Assembly (NCBI GenBank): GCA_048882485.1
Contig: JBHLRP010000006.1
Location: 32,001-96,000, forward strand
Direction: 5' to 3'
Origin: Candidatus Thorarchaeota archaeon
GTDB lineage: Archaea > Asgardarchaeota > Thorarchaeia > Thorarchaeales > Thorarchaeaceae
Length of the DNA stretch: 64,000 nt
Positions 46,199 through 56,637 of this stretch are shown here, one piece after another (position 1 is the first letter of the stretch; the number at the start of each line of letters is the position of its first letter). Below the pieces are notes generated by a model, which did not search any database, was not told where the DNA came from, and saw nothing but the letters and a program-made list of their open reading frames with translations. The translations under genes and the position numbers were made by a program.

Positions 46199-47361
46199 TG
46201 AGTTCTGAAGTACGTCGCCAGTCTATCAAAGGCTTCATCCACTGCTTCAGGAGTAAGGGGTCCAATTGATATGCGAAGATGAGATTCACCAGCCTCTCCG
46301 AAGACATGTCCAGGCAGGACAAGCAGCTTCGTATCTCGAAGTATATCGAGCACTAGCTTTCGAGAGTCAGTACAACCAATCACTCTTGGAAACATGTAGA
46401 AAGTCCCGGCGGTCCTTGTTGTGTTGAGTGTTTGTATCTCATTGATTCTAAGGTAAGCAAGGTCTCGCAAAAGACTCAGTTTATCAATCTCTTCCTGAAT
46501 CTCGTCCAATCCATGTTTCAGTATTTCGAGGGCAAGCATTTGCCCAGGAGTTGGAGCGCAGATAGTGACTGTGTCTTGGACTTTAAGAAACTCCTGCATG
46601 AATTCGTCAGACCCCATTACATATCCAACTCTCCACCCGCTCATTCCAAAATCCTTGCTGAAGCTGCCCAGAGATATCACACGATCATGTGCGTCAGATC
46701 GGGACCGTGGGCTGTAATGTGTGGCACCCTCAAAAACAAGTCGGCCGTATGTTTCATCAGATATCAAGTATAAGTCCTTGTCAATACAAAGGTCAACTAG
46801 AGCATCAATGTCTTCTTGGGAGTATACGGCGCCCGTCGGATTGTTTGGTGTTGTAATGAAGATTGCACATGTTTCCTTGTCCACAGCAGATTCAATAGCC
46901 TCATAATTCAATTGGAAGTCATTGCTTACAGGAACCTCAGTTATCTCGCCTCCAGCGAGGTGGACAGCCATGACGGAATTGAAGTAATATGGAGAAGGCA
47001 TTATCACCTTATTACCAGATGACAGTATCGTGAATATTGCTCCAGTAAAGGCTGCATTTGCTCCAGCAGTAATAGACAGCTCCTTCTCCGGGTCTGCTTG
47101 GATACTCCAATTCTGACGAAGGTATATCGCCAACTCCTCCCTAAGCTCAAGATGGCCTTGATCAGGAGTATATCTGTGGGTTGCTGGATGGAGTAGGGTA
47201 TCGCCAAATGACTTCAGTGCATCAGTAGGAGGTATATGTCCTGGAAGCCCTTGAGCAAGATTTAGGAAGTCTGGTGATGCAATATATTTTTGAGCTGCTT
47301 CAATCAGTTTCAAGATTGGAGGGGGCATGATTTTGTCAGTGCGGAATCTCATCTGCAACAC
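46195..47361 (-). CDS. Class I/II PLP-dependent aminotransferase
   Basis: NLAQG, PNNPTG, SDETY, SFSKDFGMSGWRVG. Confidence 0.93.
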   Translation of the reverse strand: MLQMRFRTDKIMPPPILKLIEAAQKYIASPDFLNLAQGLPGHIPPTDALKSFGDTLLHPATHRYTPDQGHLELREELAIYLRQNWSIQADPEKELSITAGANAAFTGAIFTILSSGNKVIMPSPYYFNSVMAVHLAGGEITEVPVSNDFQLNYEAIESAVDKETCAIFITTPNNPTGAVYSQEDIDALVDLCIDKDLYLISDETYGRLVFEGATHYSPRSRSDAHDRVISLGSFSKDFGMSGWRVGYVMGSDEFMQEFLKVQDTVTICAPTPGQMLALEILKHGLDEIQEEIDKLSLLRDLAYLRINEIQTLNTTRTAGTFYMFPRVIGCTDSRKLVLDILRDTKLLVLPGHVFGEAGESHLRISIGPLTPEAVDEAFDRLATYFRTH

Positions 47362-47511
47362 ATCTGAATGTCAGACCCATATGAAACACATAGCGGGTAG
47401 TGATAAAGGCGTATTGGCGTCGCCAGAATTCTAGCTTAACCACTACTAATGTAATTGTCCATGTCAAGCTTAATATTGGACCATGCTTCTTCAAGCTCGG
47501 TGTTCTCAGCT

Positions 47512-48294
47512 ATGGGTGAAGAGTGCGAAGCCAAGATACTAGGGTCTCCAGAAGCACAGGTTGTGCAGACAGAACTCCATCTTTCAATGAAATCTCCTCT
47601 TCTGGTATGCTGCTTTCCATCCGCGGGAGTCATTGGGACAATTGCGGCTAACACGATGATTGAACAGTTCAAAATGGTAGAGGTTGCCCATGTCAGGTCC
47701 AGATACATGCCATCTGCCGCAGTTTTTCTCGATGGCAGACTAAGGCATCCTTTTCGGATTTATGCCAGTGAGGAGAAGAATCTCATTGTTGTCACTGCGG
47801 AACTGCCTGTTGCCGAGGAAGGAATGTATGTGGTGAGTTCAGCCCTTTTGGACTGGGCAACAACGATGGGAGTCAAAGAAACTGTGATTTTAGACGGAAT
47901 TCCGGTGCAGGGTATTCCAACTAATAGAAAGGTTCTCTTTGCTGCTGAAGAGGAGAAGATTGCTGAGCTTGAGGAAGATGAAGAGATGGAAATACTCCAG
48001 AAAGGCATCATAACCGGAATTGCTGGCTCCATCCTTTCAGAGACCTTATGCCGCGATTTGGTGGGCTTTGCATTATTGACTCCTGCGATACCTATGATGC
48101 CAGATCCGGAGGGTGCAGTCCAAGTTCTGAAAGCTCTCAACAGACTCTACGATGTGGGAGTAGAAGTCTCAGAACTAGAGGATAGTGCTGAGCAGATACG
48201 CAAGAAAATGGAAGAAGTTGCCCAGCAGGTGGATGGCATCAGAAGACAACAGCCAGGCCCCTCAAGGGGCGGCTATGAAAGGATGTATGCATAG
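47512..48294 (+). CDS. PAC2 family proteasome assembly chaperone (PbaA/PbaB-like)
   Basis: FPSAGVIGTIAA, HPFRIY, GIITGIAG, PDPEGA, C-terminal MYA. Confidence 0.88.
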   Translation: MGEECEAKILGSPEAQVVQTELHLSMKSPLLVCCFPSAGVIGTIAANTMIEQFKMVEVAHVRSRYMPSAAVFLDGRLRHPFRIYASEEKNLIVVTAELPVAEEGMYVVSSALLDWATTMGVKETVILDGIPVQGIPTNRKVLFAAEEEKIAELEEDEEMEILQKGIITGIAGSILSETLCRDLVGFALLTPAIPMMPDPEGAVQVLKALNRLYDVGVEVSELEDSAEQIRKKMEEVAQQVDGIRRQQPGPSRGGYERMYA

Positions 48295-48298
48295 GGCT

Positions 48299-48859
48299 TC
48301 ATTTGTCAGTGCAGGTATCATACGCCTCTTTGGCGCCTGCGGCATTTCGAGTGCCAACCTTCCCAGGCCAGTTATCACAGATGACCTTCTGTATGCTGTC
48401 TAGCTTCACTAGTCCAGTGGCCTTGGCAAAAGCACCAAGCATTGTTGTATTGACGACCGGGAGCCCTGCAACCATGAGCTTATGTTTCAGAGCGATGCCT
48501 GTGCCATCGTAAGTATAGACATGACCTTCAATATCCAGTTCTGATGCACGCTTCTGAGTATTTACAATGACCTTCCCATTTTCTTTAAGGCCCTCAGTGA
48601 CATCAATCACATCGATGATTCCAGCATCCAATACTGCTACAATGTCTGGTTCGTAGATCTGACTCCTCACGTTAATCGGACTGTGAGATATCCTTGTGAA
48701 CGCCTTTACAGGAGCGCCACGACGCTCAGAACCAAAGAACGGGAAAGCCTGCACTCCCTCATAACCATCAATATATGCAGCTTTAGCTAGAAGCTCTGCG
48801 GACGTCACGCCTCCTTGACCTCCACGGCCATGCCACCTGATTTCAATCATCTTTCCCAT
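48299..48859 (-). CDS. porG: Pyruvate/2-oxoacid:ferredoxin oxidoreductase gamma subunit
   Basis: EIRWHGRGGQGGVT, QAFPFFGSERRGAPV, NTTMLGA. Confidence 0.92.
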   Translation of the reverse strand: MGKMIEIRWHGRGGQGGVTSAELLAKAAYIDGYEGVQAFPFFGSERRGAPVKAFTRISHSPINVRSQIYEPDIVAVLDAGIIDVIDVTEGLKENGKVIVNTQKRASELDIEGHVYTYDGTGIALKHKLMVAGLPVVNTTMLGAFAKATGLVKLDSIQKVICDNWPGKVGTRNAAGAKEAYDTCTDK

Positions 48860-48978
48860 TTTCAAGACTCCTGTGTTCTTCAGAGGTCAAGCACTGGCGC
48901 GTAAAGCGAGGATAAAGGAGTTTCGCTAAGACTATATGCAATTTGATTCGGATTTCCGAGTTGCTGGAGAGCGAAGAA

Positions 48979-49788
48979 ATGGATGAGTTCATCCAAGCTA
49001 ACAAGCACATGTGGGAAGGACGTGTCGATGTCCACAAGGAAAGCAAGTTCTATGATGTAGAAGGCTTCCTGAAAGGAAAACAAACCTTGGACCCAATTGA
49101 GTTGGATGAAATCGGAGATGTAGACGGAAAGTCACTGCTGCATCTAATGTGTCATTTTGGAATGGACACTTTGTCTTGGTCTAGGCTAGGTGCTGAGGCA
49201 ACAGGTGTAGACTTCTCTGAGAAAGCCATCAAACTGGCTGGAGAACTTGGTAACCGGATTGGCGTAAAAGCACGGTTCATTGCTTCAGACATCTACGAGC
49301 TGCCCGGTTTGCTCGATGATGAGTTTGACATCGTCTTTACTTCAGGTGGCGTTCTAACTTGGTTGCCAGACTTGAAGAAATGGGCGCAGGTAGTGACCAA
49401 ATTTGTGAAGCCAGGTGGATTCTTCTACATCCGTGAGTTTCATCCATTTCCCTATGTGTTTGATGATGATGAGGGTGTAACAGGTCTTAGACTGAGGTAT
49501 CCTTATTTCACACCTGAGGAGCCCCTGAAGTTCGAAGATGGCTCAACATATGCGGACCCAGACGCAAAGATTGAGAAGACTGTAACATATGAATGGAATC
49601 ATAGCTTCTCAGCACTCATCAACTCCCTCATCGACGCGGGCCTAAGAATTGATTTCTTCAACGAGTTTCCGTTTACAACATGGAAAGCATTGCCATTCCT
49701 AATAGAACGAGAAGATGGGAGGTGGGTCTTGCCTTCGCATCAGGAGAGCATGCCACTGATGTACTCTCTCAGAGCTACAAAGCTCTAG
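48979..49788 (+). CDS. Class I SAM-dependent methyltransferase
   Basis: LLHLMCHFGMDT, TGVDFS, FDIVFTS.G.L.WLPDL, KPGG. Confidence 0.9.
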   Translation: MDEFIQANKHMWEGRVDVHKESKFYDVEGFLKGKQTLDPIELDEIGDVDGKSLLHLMCHFGMDTLSWSRLGAEATGVDFSEKAIKLAGELGNRIGVKARFIASDIYELPGLLDDEFDIVFTSGGVLTWLPDLKKWAQVVTKFVKPGGFFYIREFHPFPYVFDDDEGVTGLRLRYPYFTPEEPLKFEDGSTYADPDAKIEKTVTYEWNHSFSALINSLIDAGLRIDFFNEFPFTTWKALPFLIEREDGRWVLPSHQESMPLMYSLRATKL

Positions 49789-51164
49789 ATATGCCCCTCC
49801 AGAGCGCTGATTACACCTTCGGCAGAGTTAGCAGCCTGCTGTAGACCAACCCCTGCTCCCGCAGTATCAGTTCCAACGATGTATAGTCCCTTGACAGGTG
49901 TTTCTGGACCTGGTCGGTCCAAATCTGTTTGACCTGGTATCAGGGCGGCCCTCGTTGCGTAGGAGGATTGGATATGTTCCATTTCAATGTGGTCTAGGAC
50001 TTCAGGATGGTATAATGCAAGTCCATTTTTCTTCACTGCATCAATAATGTCCTGTGGTCTAGCCTTCTCAGGCAGAATAGCAGCAATGCCAATTAGCTCT
50101 TTGCCTTCAGGCGCGCATGAAGGGTCAAAACTCGATACTGAAACCATCCAGAAATTTGGAGTTGGATGAACGATCACCCTTGACTTTCTATCACCAATCA
50201 CAATTTGATCCAATCCTAACCACAATGTGACTCCCCTAGTTGGTTCCATGTGACTCCAACGTTCAAAGAAACTGGCTATCTGGCCATCATCGGATTGAAT
50301 AATCTTGGGCATCGACTTTAGTGGAATATTACTAACTACCAAGTTATGTTCCAGTGTTCTACCCGATACAACGAGATTCTGAATTGATCCATGTTTTTCC
50401 GTGATTGCTTCTACTGGTGCATTCAAAACATAGTCACCATCGATGGCATCAACCACGCGATTAACTAATCCTTGCATTCCTCCTATCGCCAAAGCCTCAT
50501 CATACTCAGCACCTCCTAATAGGAGCCTTTTTGCTGATTGTAGCTTATTACTCTCCTTATCAGTGTCCTTCAATGTGCGGAGAGCTTCATAGGCTGAAGC
50601 TCTATTGATTGGAACTCCCGCAGCCATGTAAATTGCGCTCTGCATTACATCAAGCATAACCTGATTCGTGGCACCTTCCGACTCCATATACTCCTGGAAA
50701 GTGATGTCCTTGTATCTCTGCATCTCCTCAAGCTTCATGGTTTTAATCTTGGCACCAATCCTTGCCAAGCCTAGGCGCCCTTTTGCTCCCGTCAAAGGCC
50801 ACCTGAGAGTCTCTCCAACACTCGATGGAATCGTGCCAACTTTGTCATGAACCCTGAAGAACCATCCCTCATGCAGCACAAACATGGGTGGTGGATCTAG
50901 ATACGTCCGCAGAAACCTTGCGAAGGCACCTCGCTTTACCCGAGTGATAACGTGCAGGCCCTGATCCACACGATAGCCATCGACCCAGTAGCCATGCCAA
51001 ACACCCCCAATGCGATCAGCCATCTCAAGCATTAGAACCTTCTTACCTTTAGCTGTAAGTCCAAGAGCAGTAAGCAAGCCTCCAGCTCCTGCTCCACAGA
51101 TGATAGCATCATATTTTGAGGTGTCAACTTGGTCGATTGTGATTTCTCGCATGGTCTGGCTCAA
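49785..51164 (-). CDS. Phytoene desaturase-like FAD-dependent oxidoreductase
   Basis: GAGAGGL, LEMADRIGG, VDQGLH, GGMQ.LV, TPVKGLYIVG. Confidence 0.85.
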   Translation of the reverse strand: MSQTMREITIDQVDTSKYDAIICGAGAGGLLTALGLTAKGKKVLMLEMADRIGGVWHGYWVDGYRVDQGLHVITRVKRGAFARFLRTYLDPPPMFVLHEGWFFRVHDKVGTIPSSVGETLRWPLTGAKGRLGLARIGAKIKTMKLEEMQRYKDITFQEYMESEGATNQVMLDVMQSAIYMAAGVPINRASAYEALRTLKDTDKESNKLQSAKRLLLGGAEYDEALAIGGMQGLVNRVVDAIDGDYVLNAPVEAITEKHGSIQNLVVSGRTLEHNLVVSNIPLKSMPKIIQSDDGQIASFFERWSHMEPTRGVTLWLGLDQIVIGDRKSRVIVHPTPNFWMVSVSSFDPSCAPEGKELIGIAAILPEKARPQDIIDAVKKNGLALYHPEVLDHIEMEHIQSSYATRAALIPGQTDLDRPGPETPVKGLYIVGTDTAGAGVGLQQAANSAEGVISALEGHI

Positions 51165-51213
51165 AAATGCTCGGAGTCGTGCCCACTTAAGCAGTGCGCT
51201 AGAGGTTTCTCAC

Positions 51214-52317
51214 TTAAAGCAAATCAACAACTCGATTCTTGTTTGCGGATTCGTAGGCTGCATCCACGACCTTGTGTGCAGAAATGGCATCAAGGAAATT
51301 CGGAGATGGTTCTTCATCTGCTTGAACCGCTTTGATGAATGAATAGCTCAAGGCTGAGAATCTCTCTGTTCCTACATTTGTCAGGGCATCAAGAGATTCT
51401 GGAGCCATATTCTTGGAATGGAGACCAAGAGCTTCTAGCAGCGCTAAATTAGCTTGGGGCTCATCAATTCTCACAGGAAGCTCATTCTGAAGATGGTACT
51501 CCAACCAACGATTGCCTGTTTCAAGATTTATGGTTATGAGGCCTTTTTCAAAGAAGAATTCGATGCTACGTTCATTCTGTCGATCGACCTGATGCCAGAT
51601 GGAAACAAGTGTGCTAACAACGCCATCCTTGTGGGTCATTACAAGCGAAGCTTGATCCTCAACCTCTCTCTCTGAGAAGAAGCCGATCTTGGCGTAAACA
51701 CTCGTTATCTCTCCGAAGAACCACTGTAGAATGTCTAGGTCGTGAATACTGTGCTCAATGAGAGTCCCTCCACCCGCAATGGACTTGTCTCCTCTCCATT
51801 GTGTGTAGAACCCATAATCTACTGGAAACCGCTGGTCATCTCGAATGTGAGCATGCATAGGTCGGCCGAATTCCTTGGTTTCGGTGAGTTTCTTAGCATA
51901 GAGCAGGAAGGGGTCAAAACGAAGAACAAGTCCCACTCCGGCTTTGATATCTTCACTCTTTGCCACAGCGAAAAGGTCTCTCGCCTGAGGACAACTATGT
52001 GCCAATGGCTTCTCACAGAAAACATCCTTGTGTGCCCTTGCCGCAGCCGTCACAATGTCAATATGCTTGTTTGTCGGTGTGCAGACATAGACCAAGTCAA
52101 CATTCTCGTCATTAATGAGATCGTCATAGTTTTCATATGTCTTATCCACTTCATAGAGATTAGCTGCGCGTTGCAAGGACTCCTTGTCAATATCACAAAG
52201 TGCAGCAATCTCTACATTAACAAGCCCGGCTTCACGAAGCGCCGCAATTCCTAGAAGATGCATCTGGCCAACGTTGCCGGTCCCAATTAAACCCAAGCCA
52301 GTCTTTGTTCTGCTCAA
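51214..52317 (-). CDS. Gfo/Idh/MocA family oxidoreductase
   Basis: GLIGTGNVG, VCTPT..H, FCEKP, GGGTLIEHSIHDLD. Confidence 0.93.
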   Translation of the reverse strand: MSRTKTGLGLIGTGNVGQMHLLGIAALREAGLVNVEIAALCDIDKESLQRAANLYEVDKTYENYDDLINDENVDLVYVCTPTNKHIDIVTAAARAHKDVFCEKPLAHSCPQARDLFAVAKSEDIKAGVGLVLRFDPFLLYAKKLTETKEFGRPMHAHIRDDQRFPVDYGFYTQWRGDKSIAGGGTLIEHSIHDLDILQWFFGEITSVYAKIGFFSEREVEDQASLVMTHKDGVVSTLVSIWHQVDRQNERSIEFFFEKGLITINLETGNRWLEYHLQNELPVRIDEPQANLALLEALGLHSKNMAPESLDALTNVGTERFSALSYSFIKAVQADEEPSPNFLDAISAHKVVDAAYESANKNRVVDLL

Positions 52318-52426
52318 AGGGTTTCAACTGCCATTGTTCGCTTCCCTCGGGTGCATATGAGTGTTCTGAAACCTATATTCTCCCTGGGAAGGGAACGACT
52401 AGTATTAATAAGCATCAGATATTCGA

Positions 52427-54289
52427 ATGATGTATCAGGAGCCTAGTTCAGTGACTTCAGTAGACGAGCTATTGTTGCAGGCCAAGAGTGCCCTTCAAGA
52501 GGGCAGAAGAGAGGCTGGTGCAAAATTGCTTGATGAGGCTGCAGGTGTCTTTGCAGCGCAGGAAGTCCATGACAAGGCGGCTATTCTATATGAACGCGCA
52601 GCTCTGATCTATAGAGAGGTCTATCTTGCCTATGAATCGTTCAAGGCTTTTGAGAATGCAACATTGATGTTGATTCGACAGCCAAATACTCCAGAATTGC
52701 AGCAGAAGATTGTTGACCTCAATACACAGGCTGGAGATACAGCTGAGGAAACCACTGATTACAAGAGAGCAGCTGATTTCTACTTTCGCGCATCAGATTT
52801 TGTAATTGATGATGAGGCGAAGCAACAACTCACTATGAAAGCAGCGGATGCACTTGAAAGCTTGGCAGATACAAGAGAAGAGGAAGACGACCTTGAAAGC
52901 GCTGTCAGTCTGCTCAAGAAAGTTGGTCGACTCTATTACACGTGTGGGGACGATGAACTGGGGAAGAGGATAAACGATAGGGCGGCCAAAATCGCTCAGA
53001 AATGGGCTCAGAAAGCTAAGGAAACCGGTGACCTTCTCTCAGCTGGAAACGCTCTCGCTGAAGCAGCGCAGATCATGCAGACCGAAGGCGAATCGCCTGA
53101 AGCCACAAGACTGATGATGGAGGCAGGAGAGCTTTACGAAGCTGTGAGTCTATTTGAGAAAGCTGGCAACATCTATGACGCTGCACAGGAATCTTATCAG
53201 ATGCTACGACAGACATCAGGACGACGAACAGCTATCACAAAGGCAGCTGAAGCCTATCTTAAGATGGAAGGTAAGCCTCAGGTACTTGCACCTTTGCTGA
53301 TTAAAGCAGGAAATCTCTTCCTTGAGATTGGACTTGATGTGAAAGCAAAATGGGCATTCAAACGCGGCAACGAACTATTTGGTGTGCTTGCACAGAAAGC
53401 TGGCGAAAACGACGAAATAGACTCGCAGATGCAGCACCTGAGATTTCAAGCACTATGTCTCATGAAATGGGGTAGAGATGAAGAAGCTGATAGGCTATAT
53501 ACAGACGTGATTGAGTATTACCTCGGTCAAGCAGAACTTGAGAGAGACAACAAGGAGGCATACGGTCTAGCCTTGGAGGCTGCGTCTGATGTTCTTAATG
53601 AGGCACAACGCCATGAGGAAGCTAGAGCGCATCTCGAAAGGGCTCTTGAGATGTTTGTGGACCTTGCGGAGGAATTTGCTTCCTCAGAAATGTTGGATGA
53701 GAGTTCAAGAATATATAGCAAGGCGGCTGACTGCGCGAAGAAACTGGGCTATGATGAAAAGAGTGTATCCTACCATGAGATTGCCAGTGTCAAGGCAGAA
53801 GAGGCAGCCAACTCCTATATGGAAATGGATGTTAAGGAGTTGGCAATAATATGGCTGAGAACAGCTGGAACGGAAGCCCTCAAGACTGGAAAGGAGGATC
53901 TGTTGGATAGAGCCATAGGTCTATTGAGAGACTCAGCTGACGGTTTCAAGTCTATTGATGCAATGAGTGATGCATTTGAGGATTTATTCACGGTTTTTGA
54001 AACGTTGTTTCTGCATCGTTCTGACAATAAGGATGAGATTACGAAGGTATTGTCTGAAATGGATGAGTTGGCTCGTGCAACACAGGACTACAAAATGCAT
54101 TCCCTCATGACTGTCATCAACTCGGTGGAAAAGGGCAATCCAACAGCAGCCTTGCTCACACTTCAAGAGAGAGAAGAAGAGCTTTTGTCGCTCCGTGAAC
54201 GGCTACTTGCATTGATTAGGCATTCAAAGGAAGTTAGGGCGCCCGAGGATGTAGAAGCAACCGGAAGAACTCATTGGCTCTACAAATAG
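52427..54289 (+). CDS. Alpha-SNAP/TPR-like solenoid protein
   Basis: 620 aa of helical repeats of the type KAAILYERAA, RAADFYFRAS, KAGNIYDAA, SSRIYSKAADC. Confidence 0.75.
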   Translation: MMYQEPSSVTSVDELLLQAKSALQEGRREAGAKLLDEAAGVFAAQEVHDKAAILYERAALIYREVYLAYESFKAFENATLMLIRQPNTPELQQKIVDLNTQAGDTAEETTDYKRAADFYFRASDFVIDDEAKQQLTMKAADALESLADTREEEDDLESAVSLLKKVGRLYYTCGDDELGKRINDRAAKIAQKWAQKAKETGDLLSAGNALAEAAQIMQTEGESPEATRLMMEAGELYEAVSLFEKAGNIYDAAQESYQMLRQTSGRRTAITKAAEAYLKMEGKPQVLAPLLIKAGNLFLEIGLDVKAKWAFKRGNELFGVLAQKAGENDEIDSQMQHLRFQALCLMKWGRDEEADRLYTDVIEYYLGQAELERDNKEAYGLALEAASDVLNEAQRHEEARAHLERALEMFVDLAEEFASSEMLDESSRIYSKAADCAKKLGYDEKSVSYHEIASVKAEEAANSYMEMDVKELAIIWLRTAGTEALKTGKEDLLDRAIGLLRDSADGFKSIDAMSDAFEDLFTVFETLFLHRSDNKDEITKVLSEMDELARATQDYKMHSLMTVINSVEKGNPTAALLTLQEREEELLSLRERLLALIRHSKEVRAPEDVEATGRTHWLYK

Positions 54290-54329
54290 ATACTTCACAA
54301 AGATAACTCCTATTGTATTTGATAAGAAG

Positions 54330-54758
54330 GTGAGTTGGATGGCGACATATCATAAGTCACTCACATTGAACACGAAGGGGAATTGCGATATAATCGACAT
54401 AACAGGGAGGGTTGAAGACATTTTGAGAGAGAGTGGTTTTACAGCAGGAATATGTACCGTGTTTTGTCCTGGTTCAACAGCTTCCATAACAACAATTGAG
54501 TATGAGGGAGGCCTTCTGAAGGATTTTCCAGATGCATTAGATCGACTTGTGCCAGAGGACATCACTTACGAACATCATCTCCGCTGGGGTGATGGTAACG
54601 GTCATTCTCATGTGAGAGCATCATTGATGGGCCCAAGCCTAACCATACCATTTACAGGCCACTCATTGACCTTGGGAACATGGCAGCAAGTGGTGTGCTG
54701 CGATTTCGACAACAAAGCCAGGAATAGAAGAATCGAGATTATGCTCATAGGCGAGTAA
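54330..54758 (+). CDS. YjbQ/UPF0047 family protein
   Basis: DIIDIT, GSTASITTIE, YEHH...DGNGHSHVRASLMGPS, LGTWQ. Confidence 0.93.
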   Translation: MSWMATYHKSLTLNTKGNCDIIDITGRVEDILRESGFTAGICTVFCPGSTASITTIEYEGGLLKDFPDALDRLVPEDITYEHHLRWGDGNGHSHVRASLMGPSLTIPFTGHSLTLGTWQQVVCCDFDNKARNRRIEIMLIGE

Positions 54759-55028
54759 TCAGAACAATTCAGATTCTTCATCTAGGTCCCACTCAAGCTG
54801 TCTGATACTAGTGGGAACAGGGCTTTCATCTCGTATTTTGTAAGCCAAGTAGTGGATGCGTAGTGAACGCCTTAGTCGATGAAGCTGGAATGGCATATTC
54901 CAATCCGGATTCTTCTGTCTGTATTCAAGAGTGTCCATGAGATTCCTGATGGTGTCTAGCTCACGTTTAACCTGTGCCTTCACATCATCAAGATCACGGT
55001 CAATCGTAAGCGCGCCTCCGTTTGTCAT
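54759..55028 (-). CDS. Hypothetical protein
   Basis: 89-aa ORF with AGGTG RBS, fills the gap downstream of nob1. Confidence 0.6.
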   Translation of the reverse strand: MTNGGALTIDRDLDDVKAQVKRELDTIRNLMDTLEYRQKNPDWNMPFQLHRLRRSLRIHYLAYKIRDESPVPTSIRQLEWDLDEESELF

Positions 55029-55088
55029 CTGGAAACACCTTACTCACTACTCTCTGTAATCCATTAAACTAGGAGTATAACCATGGTA

Positions 55089-55610
55089 TTACTCAGAGCA
55101 GTTGATCTTTTCCCTTTTCTTTGGTTTTCTTCGCATTTCAGTGCCGCACACGGGACACTCCAAATGGGATATGCTCGCGGATTCCTCATTTCCGCATCCA
55201 GGGCATTTTAGCACCCAGGTGATCTTCTCCTTCATTCTCCCTGTTGGATCTGATGTGCGAAGACCGAGGGCGGCTGCAGTGTTAAGCAATGCCAAATCAC
55301 TAGATACAACACTAACTTCGTGGCCAAGGTGCTTTTGCTTAAGGCCCAGTGATATCAGTTCCAAATCCTCTTGGCTTAATACACCATAGTCACCGATTTC
55401 GCGTGCCTTCTTCTCAGTCTTTTCAATTGAATCAGCATCTGGCGATGCAATTCGTAATCTGTCCGTCGAGAGAAGATTCTGAACCCTGTTTTTGCTTGGT
55501 CGGTTTTGAATCTCATCAATCACTGACTGAGTTGTAATGAAAGCTAGGTTTGGATTCTTCGTCGTCCATTGAGAGAGCAAGGCTCCAGTGTCGAGTACGT
55601 AGATATGCAA
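55089..55610 (-). CDS. nob1: Nob1 rRNA maturation endonuclease (PIN + zinc ribbon)
   Basis: YVLDTGA, VIDEI, GD..VLSQEDLE, SSDLALLN.A, W...CPGC...CPVCG. Confidence 0.9.
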   Translation of the reverse strand: MHIYVLDTGALLSQWTTKNPNLAFITTQSVIDEIQNRPSKNRVQNLLSTDRLRIASPDADSIEKTEKKAREIGDYGVLSQEDLELISLGLKQKHLGHEVSVVSSDLALLNTAAALGLRTSDPTGRMKEKITWVLKCPGCGNEESASISHLECPVCGTEMRRKPKKREKINCSE

Positions 55611-55621
55611 AAACGAGCCAC

Positions 55622-56500
55622 CTAGAGAGTTCGTGGGACGAGACGCGTATTGATTCGGTCCCAGTAGTTGTCATACAATCGGATGAAACGAGATACACCC
55701 TTTGCCTTCTTGACCCAAACAGTTTCTGAAGGCTCTACATTCCAACGTGTCTGCCCATCAATCACTGCCAAGCCGGCAGCCCCGGGTTTTACTAGTTCCA
55801 TCTCGAGAACGCTACTATCCGGAATCACCACCGATTTCAGCTCAAAACGCGGCGGGCAAACTGGAACAAAGATGAATCCATTGACATTTGGAGAGAGAAT
55901 TGATCCTCCCGCAGCAAGGGCGTATGCTGTTGAACCGCAGGGCGTCGCCACCATTGCGCCATCAGCTCGGCCATAGTCAATTCGAACATCGTCGAGATGA
56001 ACCTGAAATGTCAATAGCCTGCCGGGTATTCTTGAAACCACATAGACTTCATTGAGTGCGTTCTCGAATTCTCTATCGCTAACCCCAGATGCGATATTTG
56101 CATTCACTTCCAAAACGCACTGATTTTTGATAACTTTCTCAAGTGCACCCAATGCAGTTGTAGTGCTAGCTTCGGTCAGGAACCCGACATTTCCCCGATT
56201 AACACAGAAAAGCGGAGTTTCACGGTCCTTCAGCCTAGATAGAGCATAAAGTATAGTTCCATCACCGCCGATGGTCACCACGAAATCAACATCCATGTCT
56301 TCAATTGGAGTAGGAACAGCGTTTTTTGCCGTGACGCTGCATGAGCCTGGATCAACCTGAACATCAATATCTTTGGTGAGAAGGAGCTCTGCTATGCGAT
56401 TTGCAATGCGTTCAATCTCGATACGGCCGGGCTTGCAAACGAGACCAACAGCTCTGCGGTCACTGAGAATTTTCGGACTCTCAACAATCAAGGCTGGCAC
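55622..56500 (-). CDS. ppnK: NAD kinase
   Basis: IGGDGTIL, GNVGFL, ALNE, ADG..VATPCGSTAYALAAGG, IDGQ. Confidence 0.94.
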   Translation of the reverse strand: MPALIVESPKILSDRRAVGLVCKPGRIEIERIANRIAELLLTKDIDVQVDPGSCSVTAKNAVPTPIEDMDVDFVVTIGGDGTILYALSRLKDRETPLFCVNRGNVGFLTEASTTTALGALEKVIKNQCVLEVNANIASGVSDREFENALNEVYVVSRIPGRLLTFQVHLDDVRIDYGRADGAMVATPCGSTAYALAAGGSILSPNVNGFIFVPVCPPRFELKSVVIPDSSVLEMELVKPGAAGLAVIDGQTRWNVEPSETVWVKKAKGVSRFIRLYDNYWDRINTRLVPRTL

Positions 56501-56637
56501 TTCCGACTGGTCCTGACTACAGTTCCCTTTTACTCTTGTTATTGCCCTGATTATCTGAAAACTCGATTTCCCGCAAAGTATTTAGATGATGCAGAAGGTG
56601 TTGGGATGAATCTGCCTACAAGGCTTGGTGGTGTATT

